This document shows, piece by piece, positions 30,190-38,725 of a DNA stretch of 64,000 bases. Both the position numbers and the translations under genes were made by a program. The DNA lies in the IMG/VR virus record IMGVR_UViG_3300034524_000181, positions 1 through 64,000 of that record. One strand, 5' to 3'. The stretch comes from a virus. Under the pieces are notes generated by a model. The model ran no database searches. It saw only the letters and a program-made list of their open reading frames with translations, and was not told the DNA's origin. The stretch's first letter is position 1. Every line of letters begins with the position of its first letter.

Positions 30190-30342
30190 TTGACTTTTTA
30201 GGAGATTTGACGTATACTATTGATTAAGTTAGTTTAAGATGAGTTGAGTAATTGTATAAGCTGAGATGAGTTTAGATGAGATGAGCCTATAACCGAGTTT
30301 TTTGAAATAACAGCGGTAGGGTTTTTCGTCCTACCGCTTTTT
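30190..30342 (+). promoter_or_regulatory. Promoter plus TRAP-type attenuator leader (11 NAG triplets) plus terminator; regulated gene absent
   Basis: TTGACT-17-TATACT; AAG/TAG/GAG triplets at 30226-30285, mostly 2-nt spacers; AGCGGTAGG..CCTACCGCT-T-run. Confidence 0.7.
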
Positions 30343-30349
30343 GTATTTT

Positions 30350-31834
30350 GGCTCTTTGTCAATAGTTGGGGTGGGATTTTTTGCAATCCCGCTCCATTAC
30401 TATTTTTAGCCCTAATTTTGTGTTATGAATGAGATGGATAGAGATATACGTGTTTTAGGGTGCACTTAATAAACCTAGCTAAAATGTAGGCTTTTTACAG
30501 GTATTCACTTTTAAGATGTTTACCTAGTACAGTGAAGAATCCTATTGCGAAATCTATAAAAGTTTTTAAGTCCAAAAGATATTCGCTTTAACACCTTGAT
30601 CTTATTGTTGAAACCTTCAGTTGGGCCGTTAGTATAACCATATTTAAAAGCATTTTTAATTTCTTTATGCCATCTTCTATATGTATCTGCACACTTCTCA
30701 AACTCTGGTATTCCAGAGCTTTCTGCATTTTGAATCCACTTAGCTAATTCCATACATTGGTAGGAATATTTATCGCTTTGGCAGATTTCATAAAACCATT
30801 CTTTAAGTTTATGGGCAATACGTAAGTCATCATTATATAAAAGCATTAAATCAACAGCTTCTTTATTCTCATCCTTAAGTTTGTGATAGCGGGTTAAAAT
30901 CAGTTTTCTACTCCGTTTATAGTATTTTCTAAGAGTAGTAGTCATAGATTTCTGTATGCGTTTTCTCACATTTTCAATAGCCCAAGTTACATGCCTAATA
31001 AAGTGGTATTTATCAATAATAATTATGGCTTTAGGGAAAAATACTTTAGCTAAATCAACGTAAGGTTGCCACATATCACATACAAAGAATTTAACCTTAT
31101 TTCTTTCCTCACGAGAAAATCGCTTGAAATAACTCACAAGATCACTTTGACATCTATCAGGAATAATATCTAAAACTTTGTTCTTTTCGCCATCAACAAG
31201 AATACATTGATACTTTCCAGTCTCTGCATTACCCTTAAATTCATCAATACAGAGAACCTTAGGTAGTGTAGGAATACCATAATTAATATGATTAAAAATA
31301 CGAATAACAGTAGAAACAGAAACATTAGCAGATTTAGCCACAGAAGTTAGACTAGTTAGCTTAGTAAGCTCTTGGCAAACAAAAAATGCTAATCGATTAG
31401 TCATGCGTTGATAACGAGGCAGAAAGTTATATGACTCATAAAACCTCTTTCCACAAGAGCAAACATACCTTCTTTTGCGAAGTACAAGGTAGGTATGCTT
31501 AAACTGTAAAGGTAAATCCTTAATTGTTTGTTCTCTATAATCATGAATTCTAGAGGTTTTAGAGCCACAAGCAGGACAAGTATGTTTTCGTGGCTCTGTT
31601 GTAATATAGATCTTAACAAAAGAATCACCATGTGATATTTTAGTTACTTTAATCCCTTTTAAATTTAATAATTGTGTGATAAAATTAGATTGCACTTGTG
31701 AATAAACCTCCTTTTTATGTTTGTTTGAGCAATTAACATTTTAGCAGGTTTATTTCACGAGTGCATTTTATTTTTAGGGAAAAATAAATGTTGGAGTACA
31801 TTTTTTTATACACCCCAACATTTATTATAGATCC
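30350..31834 (-). mobile_element. ISL3-family insertion sequence
   Basis: 24-bp imperfect TIRs GGCTCTTTGTCAATAGTTGGGGTG / GGATCTATAATAAATGTTGGGGTG; no direct target duplication. Confidence 0.9.
30520..31695 (-). CDS. ISL3 family transposase
   Basis: CPACG zinc finger, IDEF, CDMW, DKYH, EGFNNKIK. Confidence 0.93.
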   Translation of the reverse strand: MQSNFITQLLNLKGIKVTKISHGDSFVKIYITTEPRKHTCPACGSKTSRIHDYREQTIKDLPLQFKHTYLVLRKRRYVCSCGKRFYESYNFLPRYQRMTNRLAFFVCQELTKLTSLTSVAKSANVSVSTVIRIFNHINYGIPTLPKVLCIDEFKGNAETGKYQCILVDGEKNKVLDIIPDRCQSDLVSYFKRFSREERNKVKFFVCDMWQPYVDLAKVFFPKAIIIIDKYHFIRHVTWAIENVRKRIQKSMTTTLRKYYKRSRKLILTRYHKLKDENKEAVDLMLLYNDDLRIAHKLKEWFYEICQSDKYSYQCMELAKWIQNAESSGIPEFEKCADTYRRWHKEIKNAFKYGYTNGPTEGFNNKIKVLKRISFGLKNFYRFRNRILHCTR

Positions 31835-32074
31835 TTTTTACATTCGCCTAAAGTTAATGGGTATGAGCAACTACAGATATTTATTGAGCCGAAAGGTACC
31901 CACCTTGTCAAAAATGATAGTTGGAAAGAAGATTTTTTATTGCAACTTGAGTCAAATGCGATTCCTATAGTTAAATTTGCAGACGACAATAATTACAGGA
32001 TTTGGGGATTCCATTTCTTTAACAGGGATTTAAGACGTAAAGAGTTTGATGAAGATATGAACCGACTTTTATAA
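31835..32074 (+). pseudogene. 3' remnant of a type III restriction endonuclease (Res)
   Basis: 79 codons ...QIFIEPKGTHL..DSWKEDFL..., cut exactly at the IS end. Confidence 0.7.
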
Positions 32075-32194
32075 TATATCGCATTGATATAAGTTATTGA
32101 TAAGTTTTTATTTGATTTACATCCATCCTGTATCCTCAACCCCCTATAAAAAAGGGGGTTATCTAATCTGGTAACTCAACTATTAATTTTCAGG

Positions 32195-32457
32195 GTGGTT
32201 GATATGTTCCCGTAAACAATAAAATAAGGGTTTCCTGACATTGCCACATCCGGCAAAGTGGCATGGAAAAAAGCTAAATGTCTGGAAACCCTTTATTTAC
32301 AAGCTTTTCAGTTCTTTATTTCTCCACCCTTGACATCAATGTCACGCACTCCACATGGCTCGAGAGGATAGAACGAATGTCATTTGAGTATGTCCGTTCT
32401 CGGAAACATATCCACTGCATTTTTGGCACTATCGGTAGACGGGAACATGTCAACCAG
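32195..32457. other. Cluster of rlmD(rumA)-derived attachment half-sites, including probable attR of prophage B
   Basis: Minus strand HVECVTLMSRVEK* (32357-32316), AVDMFPRT (32418-32395), LVDMFPST (32457-32434); plus strand VVDMFP*T (32195-32218). Confidence 0.72.
32221..32298. repeat. ~22-bp inverted repeat downstream of the rlmD 3' fragment
   Basis: AAATAAGGGTTTCCTGACATT ... AATGTCTGGAAACCCTTTATTT. Confidence 0.75.
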
Positions 32458-32494
32458 CTATAGTCTGCTAGTTAGATAGAATTTCAATAATTTT

Positions 32495-33110
32495 TTACAA
32501 ATCAAACAAATCATAAACAGGTGGTTCGAGTCTATCCCAGTAGTCTCCTTCAGCTTCAAACAAAGTTGCTATTCCAAACTCTATTGCACCGAATTCATTA
32601 CGTTTGTATTCTTCCCAATTATCCCATGCTTCAGGGTTTACAACAATATTTTCACTAATCATGGGTAACAAATTATTGATATATATTTTCTTCTTTTCTT
32701 CTGGCAAACTCAAGAGTTGCTGTTTATACTTTGCAAATAAAGCATCATTTTCCTTGAGCCAAGATATAATGCAATATGTTTTCTCGCCTTCTGGAAACAC
32801 CATAACAAAAATATGCTTTGCTGAAACATTAGGATTTAGCAAGTTTTGTATTTTGTTCCCTTCCAAATCATGTGTCATAGCTTCAAAACCAGTACCCGCA
32901 AATCTAACTGGTTGATCAAACTCCCACACAACACTAGAAAGCACATCATAGTTACCAGTCAATAAAGCAGTATCAAAGATTTTTTTAACATTCTGAAAAT
33001 CATCAATTGCCATATGCATTCCACGATATGGATTATCTTCATCTGGTATATCTGCTAATGACGGTTTTATTTTAAACATGTACCTTTCTATGTTAACAAC
33101 TTCTTGCTTT
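32495..33110 (-). pseudogene. C-terminal part of the interrupted SEC-C domain protein
   Basis: Frame KQEVVNIERYMFKIKP... joins in frame to ...EYHKK from 36132-36587. Confidence 0.75.
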
Positions 33111-33120
33111 GAAATGAGTC

Positions 33121-33165
33121 ATAAAGCAACTTCACTTTCTTTATTGAGAGCGAAGTTGCTTTTGT
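33121..33165. terminator. Bidirectional intrinsic terminator after the ATPase
   Basis: AAAGCAACTTC..GAAGTTGCTTT stem. Confidence 0.75.
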
Positions 33166-33203
33166 TTAATTTAGGTTTTTGAGGAAAACCAAACTAAAAT
33201 ATA

Positions 33204-35741
33204 CTAACTGTTTTTATTTAAGTTCATATTGTTGAAAATTTTTACAATTTCATACCAAAGAACTGATACAGCTGCAATACCTACGGCTATAAAGAACTGT
33301 GATAATGATAATGGTGCAAGATTTAGAATTCTGTTAAGAGGAGTGTAAAGCATTAACAAAAGACCTGCAACAGTACCAATAATAACAGCCCACATAACTT
33401 TATCTTTAATTAGATATTTCATCGTCTTAAATGCATTATCATAATTTGAACTGTTTACTTGAACTAAAAATAAATTTGCAATCATTATAATACTAAGTCC
33501 CATTGTTCTCGCCAATTGTGGATTTTCAGGTTGTTGTTTAATAAGCATATAATATGTTCCAAAAGAAGCTATGAATATAGCCAGCCCCTGTAGAATACTT
33601 TTTGTCAATACTCCAGCTGTAAGAATTTTTTCATTAGGATCCCTTGGTTTTCGATCCATTATGTTACTTTCAGCAGGCTGACGTTCTAAAACAATAGAAC
33701 AAGTTGGGTCAATAATAAGCTCTAAAAGCACAACATGCACAGGAAGCAATAAAAGACTTGCAGGACTAATATTTAAAAGAGGTGCAAACAGTGATGCAAA
33801 TGCAATAGGAATATGAATAGTAAATACATAACCTATAGCTTTTTTGATGTTATCATAAATTCTTCTTCCATCTTCAATTGTATGAACAATTGTTGAAAAG
33901 TTATCATCCATCAAAATTAAATCAGCAGCTTCTCTTGCAACCTCAGAGCCACGCTTGCCCATTGCAATTCCTATATCTGCATATTTAAGAGCTGGAGCAT
34001 CATTCACACCATCACCTGTCATGGCAACAACTTCACCATTTTCCTTAAATGCTTTAACTATGCGCATTTTATGTTCCGGCAAAACTCTTGAAAATATATT
34101 TGCATCATGGACACGTTCCATAAGTTCAGAATCTGTCATATTGTTCAGTTCATCACCAGTAATAATATTATCGCTGTTTTTCATTCCAATTTGTTTTGCA
34201 ATGGAACTTGCCGTGATTCCATTATCACCAGTAATCATTACTACACGAACCCCTGCTTTATTACACATCTTGATATCTTCTTTCACAGATTCTCTTGGAG
34301 GATCAGCAAGACCAATTAAACCTAAAAATGTTAACTTGCAATCAGTAATATTATCAGGAATGTCAGATTCACTCTTTGGATTCATTGTACCAACAGCTAT
34401 TACTCTTAAACCTTCCCTTGACATTTCATTTATTTTATTTTCAATTTGCTTTCTTTGTTCGTCTGATAATTTGCATATAGTCAATATACTTTCAGGCGAA
34501 CCTTTTGCTGCAATAACAATTTCTCCATCATGTCGCCAAACATGCCCCATCATTTTAAGTTCATTTGTAAATGCATATTCGGATATCAGTTCACCACCAA
34601 ATAAATGGTCTTTTGAAATTCCAATGCTTTCACAATGTAAAAGCATTGCCTTCTCCATTGGGTCATATGCATCTGTTTCACAGCCAAGCCCCATAATTTC
34701 ACATAAGTTATAATTATCATCATCAATTGCCCAAGTATCCTGAACAGCCATTTTGTTCATTGTAATCGTACCTGTTTTATCTACACAAAGAACTGATACA
34801 GCACCTAATGTTTCAACAGAAGAAAGCTTGTGAACAAGAGACTGTTTTTTAGCAAGACGCCATGCACCCATAGATAAGAACACTGTCAATATAACAGGAA
34901 ATTCTTCAGGTATCATAGCCATTGCTAAAGTTATTCCTGATAAAATACTTTCAATAATTCTATCTGTAAATTTATGATCCGGAATATTGAAATAAATTAT
35001 TACTGTAACAAGAATAAATAAAATACCTGCTATTATTGCACATGTCTTAACAATGCTGTTTGTTTGCTTTTCTAAAGGCGTTGGACTGTCTGGAGCAGAT
35101 GCTACATTAATACCTATTTTACCATACTCTGTATTAGAGCCTATTTTATCTACAAGAATTGTAGCACTTCCTTGCGTAACGAGAGTACCTGCATAGCAGT
35201 AATCCTTGCGCCAATAATCTGTATTATTTTTATCGGCATTATCAACAGTCACTTTCCAAACACCTACAGATTCACCTGTAAGAGATGATTCGTCAACACA
35301 AAGATCACTTGCCTTGATAACCTCACCATCAGCAGGAATTTTAACGCCTTCGTTGATTATCATTAAATCAGTTGGGACTAAGTCTTCACTTAAAATTGTC
35401 TGCTCTTTTCCATCTCGAATAACTATTACATGTGGAGCTGATAAATCTTTAAGTGCATTTAATGTTTTGTCTGTCTTCCATTCCTGAATTATTTCTATAC
35501 TGATGATACCAATTACAAAGATTAGCATAATCACACCATCTCGTGGTTCACCTAATATAAAATAGATGATTGATGCAACAATTAACAATAAAAACATCGG
35601 CTCTAAAACAATGTGAATAACCTTGCTAATAAAACTTTGTTTTTTTACAGTTGCCAGTTCGTTTTTACCAAACTGTTCCTGCAACTTTTTGGCTTGCTCA
35701 CTTGTCAAGCCTTCTAAATTTTGATTTTTTTGTTCTGTCAT
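33204..35741 (-). CDS. Cation-transporting P-type ATPase (P2-like)
   Basis: TGES, IPEEFP, DKTGT, KGSPE, GDGVNDAPAL. Confidence 0.93.
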   Translation of the reverse strand: MTEQKNQNLEGLTSEQAKKLQEQFGKNELATVKKQSFISKVIHIVLEPMFLLLIVASIIYFILGEPRDGVIMLIFVIGIISIEIIQEWKTDKTLNALKDLSAPHVIVIRDGKEQTILSEDLVPTDLMIINEGVKIPADGEVIKASDLCVDESSLTGESVGVWKVTVDNADKNNTDYWRKDYCYAGTLVTQGSATILVDKIGSNTEYGKIGINVASAPDSPTPLEKQTNSIVKTCAIIAGILFILVTVIIYFNIPDHKFTDRIIESILSGITLAMAMIPEEFPVILTVFLSMGAWRLAKKQSLVHKLSSVETLGAVSVLCVDKTGTITMNKMAVQDTWAIDDDNYNLCEIMGLGCETDAYDPMEKAMLLHCESIGISKDHLFGGELISEYAFTNELKMMGHVWRHDGEIVIAAKGSPESILTICKLSDEQRKQIENKINEMSREGLRVIAVGTMNPKSESDIPDNITDCKLTFLGLIGLADPPRESVKEDIKMCNKAGVRVVMITGDNGITASSIAKQIGMKNSDNIITGDELNNMTDSELMERVHDANIFSRVLPEHKMRIVKAFKENGEVVAMTGDGVNDAPALKYADIGIAMGKRGSEVAREAADLILMDDNFSTIVHTIEDGRRIYDNIKKAIGYVFTIHIPIAFASLFAPLLNISPASLLLLPVHVVLLELIIDPTCSIVLERQPAESNIMDRKPRDPNEKILTAGVLTKSILQGLAIFIASFGTYYMLIKQQPENPQLARTMGLSIIMIANLFLVQVNSSNYDNAFKTMKYLIKDKVMWAVIIGTVAGLLLMLYTPLNRILNLAPLSLSQFFIAVGIAAVSVLWYEIVKIFNNMNLNKNS

Positions 35742-35856
35742 AATAAGTTACCTCCAGTTTTTGCTTTTTAAGCATTATTAAGATAGCTCTATGGCATTGC
35801 AAATTCTAATTATATGTTTCAAATAAGTATAAAAAAACACACCTATGAAACATTTT

Positions 35857-35946
35857 ACTGTCCCACAGATGTGAAATAATTCAATCTGCTGCTGTTTCCA
35901 GCCCGGCCCCACGAACAATATTGTTCATCGCCTGCTCAGTTTGTAC
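35857..35946 (-). ncRNA. NiCo (czcD) riboswitch
   Basis: GUACAAACUGAGCAGGC...GCCGGGCUG..CAGCAGCAGAU...AUCUGUGGGACAGU; overlapping terminator hairpin plus U-run at 35830-35873. Confidence 0.85.
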
Positions 35947-35980
35947 CGTAGATTTATATGCAGTGCAAAGAGATTTTTAT

Positions 35981-36009
35981 ATTATAATATATGAAAATTA
36001 TTTTGTCAA
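35981..36009 (-). promoter_or_regulatory. Consensus sigmaA promoter of the riboswitch-ATPase unit
   Basis: TTGACA-17-TATAAT. Confidence 0.85.
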
Positions 36010-36116
36010 GTGCAATTCAATTTCCATTTTATATTATCCAATAATCAGGTGCTGATTATATATGTTGCAATTACAGTATTTGTTTACATTTTTTATATTA
36101 AAGTCATATTGTTGCC

Positions 36117-36587
36117 TTATTTAAGAATTATCTTTTTATGATATTCAATGGCAAAACATCTATATGTATAAAGGAAAATATGCTGTATGCTTTTGTCAAA
36201 CATTCCATCCTCGATAGGTTGAAATACCGTCTTATCGTGATATCCACAAAATCCTGTAAAAACAGTTGCTTCTTTTCTACCGTACACAGTCATTGGCGCA
36301 AATGGATTGTCCGATTTTGGACAAGGCATATACACTATACCATTAGAAGATAAACGCTTGATTATTTTATTGTTTTGGATTGAATGTGCCCCGATTATTT
36401 TTTCAGAGCATTCGTCTGATTTAGGATGTAGACATCTTTTAATTCTCGATTCTTTTCGCACTTTTTTATAGGTTTCTAGAAGATTAAGTGGATTAGAATA
36501 GTAAACATCATCAGCTTTTCCAAGACAACATTTTTTATATTTTTTGCCGCTACCACATGGACAAGGATCATTTCTTCCTATTCTCAT
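36117..36587 (-). pseudogene. N-terminal part of the SEC-C domain protein
   Basis: [29 protein letters not shown]; last four residues come from the insert. Confidence 0.8.
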
Positions 36588-36695
36588 TATTTTTCACCTT
36601 CATTCGCAAATAGTACTAAACAAACCGTCGTGTCTTTCAACAGATTCTGAACTCCAGTTATCCTAGTGTCTATAATAACATCTGTACTCAAAAAT

Positions 36696-37514
36696 CTATA
36701 TTTCCTCACAACTGGTTATTTGCTCAGGCGGAATATCTATTTCGTCTTTTATATATAAGAACACTTCAGAAATCAAATTATTATTAGCTCGATCAATCGC
36801 ACGGCTTACCATCCACCGTTTTATATGTACAATTTCCTCATCTGTCAGTTCTTCTTGAGTATCATTTAAGTCAAAATTGAACCGATGGATTTGATCTATC
36901 GTTGCGTAAAAATTCACTTTATAGCCTTTACTACGTTTAGCCCATTCTTCCTCCATCTTTTTCAAATCCGGAAAAGCAGCGGAAAGTTTCATCAAAAATT
37001 CTGGTCTTTCATGAATATTTGTTCCATAGGAAAAAATATCATCATTCATCATAAATCCATTAACGCAATAGTCGTAATAAACTCGATGTGCAATCGGCTT
37101 GAGATATTTCTCCGGAGACATTGAATAATCATTATTCCTATACCAATCATAATCCACATTGTACTCTTTACCTTTATAGAACAATAAACGTCTTTCCACA
37201 TCAAAAAATACGCCATTGGATTTTAGCATTCTGCTTAATAGAGTATCCCCAGATAAAACCTTTTGGAGATTCTTTAAGCCTTGACTATGAATTTCTCCGC
37301 ATTCATCTAAAGACCCTATAACATGAAATCCCCATATTCTAATAGTATCCATATTGATGTTATTTACCTTTGCTGCATTGCGATCCCAAAATTTTTCAAA
37401 CTCATTATTACTATTGATAATAAGCTCTTCAATATATTCTTCTCCAGACATATTAAAGAAAGTAAGTAAAAAATCATACGCTCTATCAGGTGTTCTCAAG
37501 TCAAAATCATACAT
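36696..37514 (-). CDS. Hypothetical cargo protein (possible ART-like fold)
   Basis: 272 aa, AT-rich; FH(x8)I(x3)GL motif. Confidence 0.55.
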   Translation of the reverse strand: MYDFDLRTPDRAYDFLLTFFNMSGEEYIEELIINSNNEFEKFWDRNAAKVNNINMDTIRIWGFHVIGSLDECGEIHSQGLKNLQKVLSGDTLLSRMLKSNGVFFDVERRLLFYKGKEYNVDYDWYRNNDYSMSPEKYLKPIAHRVYYDYCVNGFMMNDDIFSYGTNIHERPEFLMKLSAAFPDLKKMEEEWAKRSKGYKVNFYATIDQIHRFNFDLNDTQEELTDEEIVHIKRWMVSRAIDRANNNLISEVFLYIKDEIDIPPEQITSCEEI

Positions 37515-37535
37515 TTAACTACCTACCTTCTATAA

Positions 37536-38036
37536 TCATAGCTTTGGTTTTGGCAACTTAATATTAGTGTTACCACCAAGAATGCTTGCGCCTATACCAA
37601 CAACTGTAAAGACTGCCAATGTGCCTAACGAAATCATTCTCCAGTTAAATCCTTTGTTTTCTGTATCCTTACTTTCGGCCATTTTTGCAATTTCCATCAT
37701 TTTTTCGATGTAATATTTTTTCTCCTCGAAAGGCAAGTCACCCTTCGCCAAACAAGTCTTTAAGGCATCAATGACTTCATTGTATATGTCATAGCACTGC
37801 TTGCTACTCGCTGAATTTCCATCCAGTGTTTTTTCCATGACACTTCTATAATCTTTCAGCACTTCCAAAGCCATTTTTGCAAACTCTGGGAATTGCTCTA
37901 ACGCTTTCTTTGCAACTTCTGGCTCCATATTCTGCAGCATGGATGCAAAAGTCATAATTTTATCTTTTGTAATATACCGAAAATCCGGAATATTCAATTG
38001 TTGTAAAACTTCTCGTTCTGTTAATTGATTACTCAT
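37536..38036 (-). CDS. Hypothetical protein with C-terminal TM helix
   Basis: 166 aa; hydrophobic MISLGTLAVFTVVGIGASILGG. Confidence 0.65.
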   Translation of the reverse strand: MSNQLTEREVLQQLNIPDFRYITKDKIMTFASMLQNMEPEVAKKALEQFPEFAKMALEVLKDYRSVMEKTLDGNSASSKQCYDIYNEVIDALKTCLAKGDLPFEEKKYYIEKMMEIAKMAESKDTENKGFNWRMISLGTLAVFTVVGIGASILGGNTNIKLPKPKL

Positions 38037-38077
38037 TATGTAATCCCCCTATCTTATTAAAGCATAAATTTGCTCCC

Positions 38078-38590
38078 TTAATCACAAAAACTCGATTTGT
38101 ATTTCATTAGCGTATCTTCAACCTCATGCCAGATAGTTACCGTTTCACCGTCATCCTCAAATACTTTACCGTGACTTTTAGGTCCATCCAACTTCATCTG
38201 TGAGTAATTATTCTTAAAAGTTGGCACGTACAGTTCCGGGTTGTTTTCTTCACTGCATAAGCGTTCCATCATATCTATGGTAGCACGACCTGTGGCGGCA
38301 ACCGCCTTAAAATAAGCACGGATGATCTTGTGGTTATATTGATTCGACTTTATAGCCCATACTGGGATTCGTTGATTTGCTTTTCCGTAAAAATCCCTGT
38401 TTGTATCTTCATTCTGTCTTGCTATTGTTTTTGGGTTATAGGCTTGTGATGCTTTTTCAAAGGTTTTTGCAATATACCAACGCATACAGCTTTCCACTGC
38501 AACATCTTGTATTTCATTTGTTAAATTCAATGCGATGCAGAATTTCTCATACACATCTGCATCCACTGTAAAGGTCACGCTCTTATTCAC
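38078..38590 (-). CDS. Hypothetical protein with RHH-like N-terminus
   Basis: SVTFTVDADVYEKF; GTG start after GGAGG. Confidence 0.6.
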   Translation of the reverse strand: MNKSVTFTVDADVYEKFCIALNLTNEIQDVAVESCMRWYIAKTFEKASQAYNPKTIARQNEDTNRDFYGKANQRIPVWAIKSNQYNHKIIRAYFKAVAATGRATIDMMERLCSEENNPELYVPTFKNNYSQMKLDGPKSHGKVFEDDGETVTIWHEVEDTLMKYKSSFCD

Positions 38591-38725
38591 CGTCTACACC
38601 TCCACTATTTACTCTATTACAAATTATACCACTAATTTGTAAATACTAATAAACTAATTTGTATTGACTCATTAAAAAACACCCTGCATTTCAGCAAGGT
38701 GTTAGATTCTAATAACTATTTCTAT

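Larger units (their letters stand above)
33111..36135 (-). mobile_element. Transposase-free ~3-kb insertion (promoter-riboswitch-ATPase-terminator) flanked by CTTT direct repeats
   Basis: CTTT at 33107-33110 and 36132-36135; removing the insert restores the SEC-C ORF. Confidence 0.65.

Noticed and set aside
30226-30297. Possible CRISPR array or microsatellite
   Set aside because: 5-nt period with no spacers and no cas genes; fits an NAG protein-binding leader
36610-36640. ACG GTT TGT TTA (TVCL), resembling an rlmD 3' arm upstream of the SEC-C gene
   Set aside because: HVE codons absent; too short to support
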